The notes under the pieces: model-generated
Seen by the model: only the letters and a program-made list of their open reading frames with translations
What the model was told of the DNA's origin: nothing
Databases searched by the model: none
Translations under genes and position numbers: made by a program
Virus record (IMG/VR): IMGVR_UViG_2767802086_000001
Coordinates: 1-64,000 of that record
From: a virus
Taxonomy: Duplodnaviria > Caudoviricetes
Direction: 5' to 3' (one strand)
Length of the DNA stretch: 64,000 nucleotides
Part shown: piece after piece, positions 17,951 through 28,309 of the stretch
How the letters are laid out: every line of letters starts with the position of its first letter
Numbering within the stretch: position 1 is the first letter of the stretch

Positions 17951-17966
17951 ATTCCCCCAGTAGTAC

Positions 17967-18761
17967 TTACGCGGGTTCGACGAGCATCCACGCGACGGTG
18001 GATACGTCGGCCGCGTTGGTCGACTTGATGCTGAACGAGGTACCTGCGGTCCGTGCCGAGACATACGGGCCACCCGCTGTGCCAGCGTTCGGAGTCTGAA
18101 TCGTGAGCTGGATCCGGCTGTTCGCGGTAACCGCCGTGGTCGATACGACTACGGCTGTCGTCCCGTTGAGCGTTGCGGTCCCCATCTTCGCGTTGGTGCC
18201 CTCCTTGATCCTCAGCCCCTTTCCGGCGATGTTGATCGCGAAGTCGTCGTCGGTGGCGAGGGTGTTGGCGGCGCTGCGGTACAGGGTGGTGTCGGTGGCG
18301 CCGGACGCCCCTGGTCCCCAGTTGAGGGTTCCGTCCGTATCGGCCACCCAGCGGGACTGCGTATCCCCAGTGACGCGCAGGCTGATCGCATCCGCGCCCG
18401 CGGTTGAGTTCACCACCGCAACGCTTGCGGTGCTGGTGCTGCCACCGATGTTGAGCTGCTTGCCTGCCACGAGCTGCAGGTCGGCGTTGAAAGTGCTCCC
18501 AGCGGTGGGGATCTGTACCCACGACCCGCTTGCCGGCGCAGACCCGTTGGAGAAGTACGCCCGGTAGCCGGTGTCGCTTTCCGCGATGCCCTTGCCGGAG
18601 TAGGGGGTGGACGGCCGCGTTGCGCTGGTGACGATCTGGAACCCGGCGGCAAGATCGATTCGATCCGCGTTTTGATTGAGGTCAGTCTGAACGTTGACGA
18701 GCTCGCTGCCGTCGTTGAGCGGGCGGCGCAGCTGGAGGCGCGGGGTGGGGGTTTCAGGCAC
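17967..18761 (-). CDS. Minor tail protein / tail fibre
   Basis: TPRLQLRRP...DLNQNADRID N-terminus; Thr/Ser/Gly rich. Confidence 0.75.
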   Translation of the reverse strand: MPETPTPRLQLRRPLNDGSELVNVQTDLNQNADRIDLAAGFQIVTSATRPSTPYSGKGIAESDTGYRAYFSNGSAPASGSWVQIPTAGSTFNADLQLVAGKQLNIGGSTSTASVAVVNSTAGADAISLRVTGDTQSRWVADTDGTLNWGPGASGATDTTLYRSAANTLATDDDFAINIAGKGLRIKEGTNAKMGTATLNGTTAVVVSTTAVTANSRIQLTIQTPNAGTAGGPYVSARTAGTSFSIKSTNAADVSTVAWMLVEPA

Positions 18762-19359
18762 GGTCGGCCTCCCTCGGGTCGTGGGCGAGCTCTTGCGGCA
18801 TGGAGCCGATCGGCTGAATGGCAGCCTCGCCGCGCAGTCGGCTTCGGTTCATTCCGACTCGCGCCTCGTAGGCGGCAACGCGTGACCGGTCGACCCCCCG
18901 CGCTTTGATCGCCGCGAGCGGGTCGGGCCGGCCCTTGCGAGACGTGGCGCGGACCACGTTGCTCTTGGCGTACTCGATGCGCATCAGATGCGCTTCCCTC
19001 GCCTGCTCTGTCGTGTCCGCGGTGTACAGCGTGGTGGGCACAGGGTCGCCGGCCCGGACGGTGCCACGGGATTCGAGCGCGGCGGACATCAGTCCCGCCT
19101 TCAGGACCGGATCCTTGTCTGCGGTGATCGTGTCCTCGGGGTGGGGTGCCCACGGTTCGTGGAGAACGATGTCGAGGAGTTGGTCAGTGTCGGCGGGGTC
19201 GATACCGTATTCGGCGGCCCGCCATTCCAGGGTGTTCTGCGGGAAGATGTGCCGGTGCCCCGTGCCGTCCGGTTTGATCATGTCGACGTACCAGCAGGGT
19301 GTATGAGGATTCGGGTGGTATTCGCCGGACGCCGTGATTTCGTATTCGAGTGCAGACAT
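18754..19359 (-). CDS. Hypothetical tail-region protein
   Basis: GAGG RBS, position in tail operon. Confidence 0.7.
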   Translation of the reverse strand: MSALEYEITASGEYHPNPHTPCWYVDMIKPDGTGHRHIFPQNTLEWRAAEYGIDPADTDQLLDIVLHEPWAPHPEDTITADKDPVLKAGLMSAALESRGTVRAGDPVPTTLYTADTTEQAREAHLMRIEYAKSNVVRATSRKGRPDPLAAIKARGVDRSRVAAYEARVGMNRSRLRGEAAIQPIGSMPQELAHDPREADRA

Positions 19360-19366
19360 GGTGACC

Positions 19367-22237
19367 TCAGATCCTGAAGTTCCAGAAGTACAAGCTCCAG
19401 CCGCCATCGGCTGCGCCGGAGAGCTGGGTTGTGAAGCCGGTGGTATCCGCTGCTGTGACGACGAACCCTCTCGTGTTGGCCACGGTCGGGGAGTCGCGGA
19501 TTGACACGATCGGCAGCAGCTGCGAGCCCATGGTGGGCCCATACGTCAGGCTGAGGCTGGTGCCGCCGGATGTACCGGTGGTACCCCCGGTGAACAAGCC
19601 TTCTGAAGGGTCAGCGAAGGCAAAGTTGTTCCACTGGCCGAGGTGTCGGGTGAGGCCGGACGTGAAGATCATCCGGTTGGCGTTCGTGCTGCCGTCATTC
19701 CACCCGAAGGACGCCTCGGTGCTGGTGGCGTAGAAGCTGCCGCCCTCGGTGGCAGCCCTGTTGTATCCGAGGTTCACCGAGTTCTTGGTCACCCAGACGT
19801 AGCCGCCGTAACGGTCCTGGTTGTCCACACGGCGCACGGCCAATTCGCTGGTGTTGTTCGTGAGGTACGTCCGGGCGAAGATATCGACGCCTGTGCCGTC
19901 GTCGAATGATCCGCCGTTCATGCCGAGGTTCGCTTCGGTACCGGAAGAGGAGGCGTTGATGTAAGCGAAGTTGGAGCCGCTGTTGGCATAGAAACGAATC
20001 TCGGGCAGGAAGGTCGCAGTGGGGTTGATCTCTAGGCGCTTGCCGCTTGTGCCAGAGATGAGCTGGCCGAGGATCGCCACGTTTCCTGTTGTCGAGTCGA
20101 TGTTGACCGTCTGGGCTCCGCCCGCGTTGAAGGCTTGAAGGCCGCCCGAGTTGAGCTCAACACGGGCCCCAGTGTCTGCGGTTTTGATGCGTGCACCGAC
20201 GATCCAGTCGGCGCCAATCGTTCCGGCGGTGACCTTGGAGACGGTGAGATCACTGATGTGGGCGTCGTCGATGAGCAGGGCGGTGGCGGTGGCCGCGTCG
20301 GACGGTCCGGACTTGTTTCCGGTCATGTCGACGGCGACGACGCGCACGTAGCGGGCGGTGAGCTCCTCGACCTGCACCGTAGCTACTACGGGGATCTGTG
20401 CCTGGATCATTCCGGCGGTCGCGGACGCCTTGCCCAGGAGCGTTGCTTCGGTCGGCGTGAACGTCGGCTCGTAGCTGACGTGGATCTCCAGGTGGTGGAG
20501 ATCGGCCTCCAGGTTGAACGTCCCACCGGAACTCTTGCCGAGCTGGTGCGTGATCTGCAGGGCAATGCGGGAGCCGGCCACGACAGGGGCGGCCGGGGCG
20601 GACGGCGGGATGTTGTCCTCGGACGCCACGAACGTCGTCGTGCCCGACCAGGCCCCCGTGTTGCCGGACTTGTCGACGGCCCGAATCTGGACGTCGTAGC
20701 CGATACCAGGGGACAGATCCTGTAGCTGCAGGGTGCCGGTGCCCCAGGGGGCGTAGGCGATCTGCCACTGGCCTGTGGGGGCGGCGAACGGCTGCGCCCA
20801 CGTCTGGAGGTCCATCCATCGCACCTGGGACAACTGCGCCCACGTGGCCGGGTAGATCATGTCGGTGTCGACGGCGTACCGGACCTCGAAGTGATCACCG
20901 TCCAGGATGGTCGAACCGTCGACGTTGTGCGGCGCGTTCCAGGAGACGATGACGCGGGCCCGGGTGAAGCCCCGGCTGTCGAGGTACGCGGACCCGACGA
21001 ATGGTTCGATGAGCGTGGGGATGCCGGGGATGGATGTGTCCTGGCTGGGCCGTGACCCGATGGGCTGCGTGCCAGTCGAGGTGAGGGAGCGCCCGAACTC
21101 GCCGACGGTGATCCGCACGTCGGTCGGGGACTCGAACTCGGTGTAGTCGGTGAGGTCGTACCAGGTGCCGTCGCCCGCCCGATACGCAACCGTGCTGCCC
21201 GCGGTCACAGGCCACTGGGTCTCGGCGATCCTCAGCCGGATCGGGTTGATGCGCTGCCCACGGAACGTCACTTCGTTCGCGGTGTCGACAAGACCCTGGT
21301 CGGGGTCGTACACCCACACGTAGTCCCCGACGTCAAAGGATCCCTGGATGTCGTAGTCGCTGGTCGACAGCTCCAGGGCGTCGCGGGTGCTCGTGTACTG
21401 GGCGAGCGCCACGGCCGCCCTTGTGTCCGCGTTCGGGATCGTTGTGTCCGACTCGCTGACCAGCCGGGTGAGCTTCAGGGCGTTGCCGTGCAGGTCCTTG
21501 AACGGGGTCGCCACGGGCAGGTTCGCGGTGCCGGTGGCGATCGATTCGCCTTCTCCCTCGGCGAGGAGGACGACGCGGGTGGAGTAGTCCTCCATGTCCC
21601 GCGATACTCCGGTTGTGCCAGGCAGGGCGCGCAACGACATGTCCTCGCCCGCACCAGTCTTCACGATGACGCACGTCGGCGTCGTGACGAAGAGGCTCGT
21701 CTCGGGGCCGGCGTCCAGGGTGCCGTCCCCGTTGATCCGCCATCCGACCGGCACGGCGGTGGTGGACATGGTGTCGCACACGTAGGTGATCGCCTTGCGG
21801 GGCGTCTCGTACTGGTGGCGGCCCGAGTAGGTGCCCGTCACCGGGTAGAGGGTGCCTTCGGTAATGGCGCCAGAGGCGGGTAGAAGAGCGCGCACCGCGT
21901 TCGCGAACGTGGCCGCGTTGATGGTGACGGCGGTTTCGTAGACGTCGCCCTTGTCGTCCTCGTCGCCGAGCCAGAACGCCATGCCGACGCCGCTGATGCG
22001 GGTCGCGTCCTCGACGCGTTTCGTCCTCCGGTCGTCATCGACGGCGCGCCCGCGGACGACGCCGACGTAGCGAGCGGCGGACAGGAGCCCATCCCCGACC
22101 GCGGCAGGGCTGACGCGGCCGGGCACAATCGCGATGTGTCCGAAGTACTGGACAGCGTCGAGGGTCTCGCGGGGGATCTCCGGCTTGAGACGGACCTCGA
22201 AGGAGCCCAGGGCTTCCAGGATCTCGGTGACGGCCAC
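19367..22237 (-). CDS. Large minor tail protein with fibronectin-III-like domains
   Basis: LQDLSPGIGYDVQIRAVDKSGN and YVRVVAVDMTGNKS FN3 motifs; second gene after tape measure. Confidence 0.85.
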   Translation of the reverse strand: MAVTEILEALGSFEVRLKPEIPRETLDAVQYFGHIAIVPGRVSPAAVGDGLLSAARYVGVVRGRAVDDDRRTKRVEDATRISGVGMAFWLGDEDDKGDVYETAVTINAATFANAVRALLPASGAITEGTLYPVTGTYSGRHQYETPRKAITYVCDTMSTTAVPVGWRINGDGTLDAGPETSLFVTTPTCVIVKTGAGEDMSLRALPGTTGVSRDMEDYSTRVVLLAEGEGESIATGTANLPVATPFKDLHGNALKLTRLVSESDTTIPNADTRAAVALAQYTSTRDALELSTSDYDIQGSFDVGDYVWVYDPDQGLVDTANEVTFRGQRINPIRLRIAETQWPVTAGSTVAYRAGDGTWYDLTDYTEFESPTDVRITVGEFGRSLTSTGTQPIGSRPSQDTSIPGIPTLIEPFVGSAYLDSRGFTRARVIVSWNAPHNVDGSTILDGDHFEVRYAVDTDMIYPATWAQLSQVRWMDLQTWAQPFAAPTGQWQIAYAPWGTGTLQLQDLSPGIGYDVQIRAVDKSGNTGAWSGTTTFVASEDNIPPSAPAAPVVAGSRIALQITHQLGKSSGGTFNLEADLHHLEIHVSYEPTFTPTEATLLGKASATAGMIQAQIPVVATVQVEELTARYVRVVAVDMTGNKSGPSDAATATALLIDDAHISDLTVSKVTAGTIGADWIVGARIKTADTGARVELNSGGLQAFNAGGAQTVNIDSTTGNVAILGQLISGTSGKRLEINPTATFLPEIRFYANSGSNFAYINASSSGTEANLGMNGGSFDDGTGVDIFARTYLTNNTSELAVRRVDNQDRYGGYVWVTKNSVNLGYNRAATEGGSFYATSTEASFGWNDGSTNANRMIFTSGLTRHLGQWNNFAFADPSEGLFTGGTTGTSGGTSLSLTYGPTMGSQLLPIVSIRDSPTVANTRGFVVTAADTTGFTTQLSGAADGGWSLYFWNFRI

Positions 22238-22240
22238 AGG

Positions 22241-23905
22241 TCATCGCCTCACTGCGTAGGTCGACTCCGGCATTGCCGCTATGTACTGGTTCCGCAGGTC
22301 AGTCGCCGCATCCCCAGCTGCTGTGTCTGGGCGGAGCATGATTCGGTCGACGTACCAAACGTCGCTGACGGCAGGTGTAGCGCCTTGCCGGGCCCGTGCC
22401 GCCGCCCTCGATGCGTTCGCCGGAGCGGTGGCCGTGTTCACCACGTAGGTCCACTGCCCGGCCGAGATGACCTGCACTGTCGAGGACGAGGAAGAGATGG
22501 CCACGTCGGAGGCGTCGAACCAGTCGATCGAGGCCCTGAAATCGGACCAGCCGGCAGGCGAATAGACCCAGTAGGAGCAGGTGTACGAGGTGCCCGGAAC
22601 GATGCTGCCAACGGTGCTGTGGGGGGTTTGGGCGGCGCTGCCGGACGAGGACACACCATCCGGGGTCACTCTGATCGACCAGGCGCTGGAGAATGGCGGG
22701 CTGCCTGGCGTGGCGACGCGGGCGATGGTGCACGACAGGCCGGTCCAGCCCGTCAGATCGGTCTCGACGTCCGGATTGTTGTTGAAGGGAGCCTGACTCG
22801 CGACGACGCCAATCCAAAAGTCGAGGGTTGTTGTTGCGGCCTTGGTGATGCCGCCGTTGCTGTGGGCGGTGAATGATCGCGCCGAGCCGATAGCGAACCG
22901 GTTGCTGTCGCCGTCGTCGTTGGTCGCGACCACGTAGCCGGAGGCGGCAGCAGAGGTGTTCGTTTCCAGGGTGCTGCGGTAGGCGGCCAGCGTGGCGCTC
23001 GTGCCGATCTGCAGGTATCCCTCGACGAAGCGGGAGCCGCGGCGCAGGGCGAGGTCGAGGGTGGCGCGGCCTGGGTTGAGGCCCTTCGTGAGGCGCAGGA
23101 TGACCTGTTCGGGTTCGTTGCGGAGCAGCGTCGCCCCGTCCCATGACGTAATCGACGACGCCGAGCCAGCCACGGAGACGTTCCAAAGCTTCGACCGCCA
23201 GGCGCCGCCCGTGTATGCCTGCACGTCGAGGGTCGCGGAGGCGGATGTGGTGACGTTGACCAGGCCGTTGGTGAGGGCCCAGCCAGTCGACGGCAGGGCC
23301 TGGTCGGTGCCGCACAGCTCGGTGCCAGACGAGGTGAGGCGGACCCGTCCCGTCAGGTAGTTCGTCGGTGCGCAACCCCAGCGCGGGGACACGTTGGCGG
23401 GCACGCCGCGGTAGACGGTCATCGCCCCGTCGGCGCCGGTCCTGGTCATGGTGGTCGGGTTGCTGGCCCCGGTGTAGTAGCCGTAGTGGCCGATCGGCGG
23501 GGCGTGCCACCGCTCCCCCGTCAGAGAGAAGTCGTTCGCCCGGACGACTCCGGTCAGGCGGGACTGGAGGTCCGTCTCGGCGTCGGATCCGAGTCGTGTG
23601 AGGGAGACCTTCCAGTCTGAGGTGAGGACCTCGCCCCGGTACTCGGTGTAGTCCGCTGACGCGTTCCCGACCTGGTAGTAGCCGTTGCGCTCCGGCTTGT
23701 CCGTCCACGTCACGGGCAAGATGCACCCCTGGTCAAGGGCGCACAGATTGTCGTGACGCCACACCAGGGCAGCGCGGGTCAACGGCGGGCTGGACTCCTG
23801 CCCTTCGAGCTCCATCGTGCGGCTGTCGCTGCTCGCCTCACCAGCCTTGAAGGTCTCCCGCAGCAGGAGCCGGCCGAGCTGGAGGTCCCCGTAGTCGCCC
23901 TGCAT
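22241..23905 (-). CDS. Distal-tail-like protein with inserted carbohydrate-binding-like domain
   Basis: Immediately after tape measure; NNNPDVETDLTGW...GQWTYV...WYVDRIML resembles a CBM. Confidence 0.75.
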   Translation of the reverse strand: MQGDYGDLQLGRLLLRETFKAGEASSDSRTMELEGQESSPPLTRAALVWRHDNLCALDQGCILPVTWTDKPERNGYYQVGNASADYTEYRGEVLTSDWKVSLTRLGSDAETDLQSRLTGVVRANDFSLTGERWHAPPIGHYGYYTGASNPTTMTRTGADGAMTVYRGVPANVSPRWGCAPTNYLTGRVRLTSSGTELCGTDQALPSTGWALTNGLVNVTTSASATLDVQAYTGGAWRSKLWNVSVAGSASSITSWDGATLLRNEPEQVILRLTKGLNPGRATLDLALRRGSRFVEGYLQIGTSATLAAYRSTLETNTSAAASGYVVATNDDGDSNRFAIGSARSFTAHSNGGITKAATTTLDFWIGVVASQAPFNNNPDVETDLTGWTGLSCTIARVATPGSPPFSSAWSIRVTPDGVSSSGSAAQTPHSTVGSIVPGTSYTCSYWVYSPAGWSDFRASIDWFDASDVAISSSSSTVQVISAGQWTYVVNTATAPANASRAAARARQGATPAVSDVWYVDRIMLRPDTAAGDAATDLRNQYIAAMPESTYAVRR

Positions 23906-26900
23906 CAGCGGCTCACCGCCCTTTGCTTCTGGTAGAGCCGCAGTTCCTCGTTGATGTCCTTCACGAGGGCCTTCGCGGCGGTACGACGCTCGGCCGGTGA
24001 CGCGAAGTCGAAGGAGCCGTTGACGTTCACGGTGAGCGTTTGGATCGTCATGCCACCCGTTGCCGTCGTGCCGGGGGTGGAGGGCTGAACGAACGACGGC
24101 TTGACGGCGTTGGCCGGGCCGCCGGAGATGAGGGTCTTCCCCTTCGCGAGGCGCTTGGTCCAGCCGACCTCAACGCCCTGCATGGCGAAGTCGCCGATCG
24201 GCTCCATGCGCCTGGCCGGAGACTTGATGCCGAGGGCCTTCTTGATCGCGGCTTCCATTGACGCCGCGATCTTCATCATCGCGTTCTCGATGCTCTTCTG
24301 CTTCGCGGTCAGCCCGGCAACGAGGCCCTCGGCGGCCTTGATCCCCGCCCCGTACATGGCGTCTGCGGTCGTCTTTCCGGCCTTGTCGGCGGACGATGCG
24401 AGCTGCTTTTCGAGGGCGTTGATCTGGGCGATCTGGTCGGGAGTTGCGGCGAGGAGGGACTGGGCGGTCGACATGCCACCGCCAGCGACCCCGGCCGCCG
24501 CGATCTCCGAGATCGACTGGGCGTTGAGACCCTTGGCCTTCAGCTGCTCCAACTGCTTGGAGAACTCGGTCGTGCGGCCGACGTCCGAGGACAGCTGCTT
24601 GATCAGGGTGTCGGCGCTCGTCCCGTACTTGCCGATCTTCGTGATGTTCGCAAAGCCGATCAAGGACGACTTCACGGAGTCCTTCAGCTGGTTGAAAGAG
24701 TCCTTCAGGCCGTTCAGCTTGTCCTTCGCCGCATCGAGGGCCTTCGAGTTCGCCTCCGAGGAGTCGCGCAGCTTGAACAGCGACGACGCCGACTTCGACA
24801 ACTGCGACAGCAGCTTCGACTCGGTCTTCCCCGTGAAGGAGCCCTTGATCTTCGTCTGCAGGTCGTACAGGTTGTTGATCAGGTCCGACTCGGAAGCGCT
24901 GCCCTTCGCCAGGTTGCCGCGGATCTCCGGGTTCGACCGCCCGGCGCGCAACGACATGTTGCCAAGGGTCACGTCACCGCGCAGCTGGCCTCGGGCCTCG
25001 TTCTGCTTGCGGATCGCTTCCTTCTGCTTCTCGGAGAGCTTGCCGCCCTTCGCGAACCCGGGCAGCCGCAGCCGGCCCGCGTTGAGGGCGTTGAGGACCC
25101 CGACCCCGTACTTCCGGACCGCCGACGCACGAACCACGTACTCACTGTCCGACACCCGGGCAGGACCGTTGGCGAACATCCCCAGGATGGAGTCCGACGT
25201 CGACGACCCCGGCCCGCTGATCATCCCGCCGCCCGGGAACGCCTGGACGTGGCCGCCGGAGGCGTAGCCGTTCAGGAGGCCGCCCCGCGCCTTCGGTGCC
25301 TGCACCATGTCGGGGATGCTGTTGGCGTCCCGGTCGTACACGGTGCGCTTCACGTAGGTCGTGGTGATCGTGATGTTCTTGTTGCTGAGCGCGTTACGTG
25401 CCCGCTGTACCGCACCAATTCCCGCGAGGGCTTGCCCGGTCTTCGCGGTCACCTCGACCCGCCCGTCGGGCAGGGTCTTCGTTTTGTAGCCGAGGGTCTC
25501 CAGCAGCGCGATCGCGTCTGACGTCAGCGCCTTGACGGTGACCGACTTCGAACCGGGCGTCGCCTTGATCTTCGCGATCACGGCGTCCAGGCCGGCGACC
25601 GCGTCCTCGCGCTTCATCTCGATCTGCGTGGAGTGCTTGTCGGGGATCTTCAGGATCTGTGCCGCGAGCTGCCGGGCCTGCGTCTCGCTGAGGCCCATCG
25701 TCCTGGCCGACTTCACGAGCTCCTCGGTACCCCGCGAGTAGATGCCGTTGACGGTCTCCCACGACGCGCCGGACTCTCGGGCGGCACCCGCCGCATCGTC
25801 TGTCTTCTGCGCCAGATCCTGAAGCGACGTAGCGGCGTTGCGGGCCTTCTCGCCGTTGAGGTTGAGGACCCCATTCGTCATGTGGAGCGAGTCGCGGTTC
25901 TCCTTCGCCGCCTTCGTCGCGGCATCAATGGCAGCTTCGAAGCCGATCATTCCGCCGAGGCCCTGGCGCTGGATGTCGTTGAGGGCCTGGATGGCGCCAC
26001 GCAGCCCGTCCGCGCTGCGCTTCTGCTCGTCCAGCTTCGTTTTCGTCGACACGGCCTGCTCGCCGAACAGGCCCATGCCCTGTGCCGCCAGCGCCTGGTC
26101 AGCCTTGAGTCCCGAGACTGCTGCCCGGTACTCGGGAAACAGTTCGTTGATCTCCTTGGTGGAGTACCCGGCTTTGTGCGCGGCCTTGCTGATCTCGTTG
26201 AAGTCGGTTGCGGCTTGCTTGCCGTACCCGGACGACACCATGCTGGCCATCGCCGAATCGAGGCCGCCGAAGTCGTCCTTGAGGGCCTTCAGGGACGTCT
26301 CGCCCTTGGTGAAGTCCTGCCAGAGGCTGTTCGCCTTGCTGCGCAGGTCATCGAGCGGGCCGATGCCGCTGTTGCCGAAGCTCTTGACGTACTCCTCGTT
26401 GTCCTTCGCCGCCGATCCCAGCTCGCCGATCTTCTTGACGAGACCCTCAACGTTCCCGAACGTCTTCTGGAGCTCACCGGTGAACTGGCCGGTCCGGGCC
26501 AAATTCTTGAGGCTGGTCGTCAACCGGTCAACGTCCGGCGGCGCGCCTCTCGCCTTCTCGGCGAGCTTGCTGATCCCGATGGCCGCCACGCCCAGGACAC
26601 CCAGCCCTACGGCAGCCTTCTGCATGGTGGTCATGCTCGCTGCTGTCGCGCGCAACGTCGTGCCCACGCCGGCCGCCCGCATCACCGCAAAGTAAGCAGC
26701 CAAATTCCGTGCCGCTGCACCCGCGGTCACCGCTGTAAGGGCCGCCGCGCCGAGGGCGGCCAGTTTCATGGCCGCATACAGCTGCAGGAGCGCGCTCAGT
26801 GCGGCCGGCGGAATCGCGTTCACCAGCTTCGCAAGGGCGTTCGCCGCCGTCAGTATGGTGACACCAAGCCCACCGCCTGCTGCCGTCACGTTCAACATCG

Positions 26901-27615
26901 CCTTGGCAAGGTTCGCGAGGGTCTCGCCGAGTAGCGGGCCGACCTGCTTTGCCGTGTCGATGAACTGGTCGAAACCACCACCCATTGCGAAGCCGCCGAG
27001 CGACCGCGACAGGTCCATGAGCCCATTGATGGTCGCGTGCAGTGTGGACCGGCTGAATGTCGTCAGGCCGTCCATGAACCTGTCGAAGCCCGGCGATGCG
27101 ACCCCGCCGGCAATCATGGTGATCAGCCGGTCGAGCTCCGCCGACGTTCCCTTGACCAGGCCCGTCGTCTTAGGGAGCAGCGCCGAGAACAGCTGGAAGC
27201 TCTTCGTGAACACCGGCATGGTGTCGCCGGCCAGGCTGTCCGACCAGTCCTTGTACGAGTCGGACAGCGCCGAGAACGCGGCGGTCGCCTCGCGGGTGGC
27301 CTTCGGCATTTTCGACAGGGTCTGCTGGTAGGCGAGTTCCGCCTTGACGGCGTCTGCTGACTGCTTGCCCGACTTGTCGACCGCCTCCTGGTACTTACCC
27401 TGGGCCTGGGTCGCCTTCTTCAGATCAGCGACCTGCTTGCCCGCGGCGACCCCGAATGCGGCGATCCCGGCGCCAGCGGAGGCCATGGCGGCTCCGGCGA
27501 CCCCCGCTACGGGTCCGAGTGCGCCGACAGCCCCGATGATGGCCGTGATCTTCTTCATGGCCATTTCGGTCTTTGCTTCGACCTCGACGTGACCGGACGC
27601 GATGAGGAAGGACAC
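23905..27615 (-). CDS. Tape measure protein
   Basis: 1236 aa, Ala/Gly-rich helical, GPGSSTSDSI motif, follows tail chaperones. Confidence 0.92.
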   Translation of the reverse strand: MSFLIASGHVEVEAKTEMAMKKITAIIGAVGALGPVAGVAGAAMASAGAGIAAFGVAAGKQVADLKKATQAQGKYQEAVDKSGKQSADAVKAELAYQQTLSKMPKATREATAAFSALSDSYKDWSDSLAGDTMPVFTKSFQLFSALLPKTTGLVKGTSAELDRLITMIAGGVASPGFDRFMDGLTTFSRSTLHATINGLMDLSRSLGGFAMGGGFDQFIDTAKQVGPLLGETLANLAKAMLNVTAAGGGLGVTILTAANALAKLVNAIPPAALSALLQLYAAMKLAALGAAALTAVTAGAAARNLAAYFAVMRAAGVGTTLRATAASMTTMQKAAVGLGVLGVAAIGISKLAEKARGAPPDVDRLTTSLKNLARTGQFTGELQKTFGNVEGLVKKIGELGSAAKDNEEYVKSFGNSGIGPLDDLRSKANSLWQDFTKGETSLKALKDDFGGLDSAMASMVSSGYGKQAATDFNEISKAAHKAGYSTKEINELFPEYRAAVSGLKADQALAAQGMGLFGEQAVSTKTKLDEQKRSADGLRGAIQALNDIQRQGLGGMIGFEAAIDAATKAAKENRDSLHMTNGVLNLNGEKARNAATSLQDLAQKTDDAAGAARESGASWETVNGIYSRGTEELVKSARTMGLSETQARQLAAQILKIPDKHSTQIEMKREDAVAGLDAVIAKIKATPGSKSVTVKALTSDAIALLETLGYKTKTLPDGRVEVTAKTGQALAGIGAVQRARNALSNKNITITTTYVKRTVYDRDANSIPDMVQAPKARGGLLNGYASGGHVQAFPGGGMISGPGSSTSDSILGMFANGPARVSDSEYVVRASAVRKYGVGVLNALNAGRLRLPGFAKGGKLSEKQKEAIRKQNEARGQLRGDVTLGNMSLRAGRSNPEIRGNLAKGSASESDLINNLYDLQTKIKGSFTGKTESKLLSQLSKSASSLFKLRDSSEANSKALDAAKDKLNGLKDSFNQLKDSVKSSLIGFANITKIGKYGTSADTLIKQLSSDVGRTTEFSKQLEQLKAKGLNAQSISEIAAAGVAGGGMSTAQSLLAATPDQIAQINALEKQLASSADKAGKTTADAMYGAGIKAAEGLVAGLTAKQKSIENAMMKIAASMEAAIKKALGIKSPARRMEPIGDFAMQGVEVGWTKRLAKGKTLISGGPANAVKPSFVQPSTPGTTATGGMTIQTLTVNVNGSFDFASPAERRTAAKALVKDINEELRLYQKQRAVSR

Positions 27616-27618
27616 CTG

Positions 27619-27927
27619 CTACACCTCCACTCGTTCGATAAGGCCGGGGATCATGAGGTTCATGTCGTCGATCGACACTTCCTGTGGGGCGTTGGGGTCG
27701 TGTGCGGTCGGTCCGTATTCGGCTTGTTCGGCGTGGATGGCGGCGGTCATGGCCCCGTCGTAGACCGGGGTCCGCGAGGCCAGGGCGAGGAACCGTTTGG
27801 CGTCGATCTCGGTGCGGTCGAGATCGATGCCGTAGATGGCGAGGAAGTCGGCGTCGAGGTCGTCGCGGTGGTCGACGATCCAGCTGTGCGCGACGAGGTT
27901 GGTTACGAGGTGGCCGAGTCTTTTCCC
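27619..27927 (-). CDS. Tail assembly chaperone C-terminal extension (via -1 frameshift)
   Basis: Open -1 frame from GGGAAAA: KRLGHLVTNLVAHSWIVDHRDDLDADFLAIYGIDL...VEV*; not in the ORF track. Confidence 0.85.
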   Translation of the reverse strand, partial: GKRLGHLVTNLVAHSWIVDHRDDLDADFLAIYGIDLDRTEIDAKRFLALASRTPVYDGAMTAAIHAEQAEYGPTAHDPNAPQEVSIDDMNLMIPGLIERVEV

Positions 27928-28301
27928 GCTGCGTCCGGGCTGTCGTTGAAGTGCTTGAAGAAGAGGTTGCTGACCAGCCCGGACACCTGGTCGAACTGCT
28001 CCTGCGTGATCCGCTCCTGCTCGTACAGTTCGATGAGCTGCGCGTATTGGGTGCTCCCGAGGAGGAGCTCCATCAGGTACATGGCGCCGTAGACGGGCCC
28101 GTCCTTGCGGAGGGAGTTCAGTGCAAGGAACACGACACGCGGACTGATCACCTTGGGAACGGTGAAGTCCTGCCCGTCCACGGAGAACAGCGGCTCGCGT
28201 ACCTCCTCGACCGGCGTGGTGTCGGTGGTGGAGAGGGCCAGGGTTCCGCCCTCGGTGGTGTCCGCCGGAGCGGTGCGGGTCTTGGGCGCTCGGGTGGTCA
28301 T
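27903..28301 (-). CDS. Tail assembly chaperone
   Basis: Between major tail and tape measure genes; PLFSVDGQDFTVP. Confidence 0.85.
   Translation of the reverse strand: MTTRAPKTRTAPADTTEGGTLALSTTDTTPVEEVREPLFSVDGQDFTVPKVISPRVVFLALNSLRKDGPVYGAMYLMELLLGSTQYAQLIELYEQERITQEQFDQVSGLVSNLFFKHFNDSPDAAGKDSATS
27921..27927 (-). other. Programmed -1 ribosomal frameshift slippery site GGGAAAA
   Basis: G GGA AAA near the end of the tail chaperone ORF. Confidence 0.85.
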
Positions 28302-28309
28302 TGGTCCGC

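Noticed and set aside
17967-23905. Diversity-generating retroelement or invertible tail-fibre cassette
   Set aside because: No reverse transcriptase, TR/VR pair or flanking invertase sites noticed
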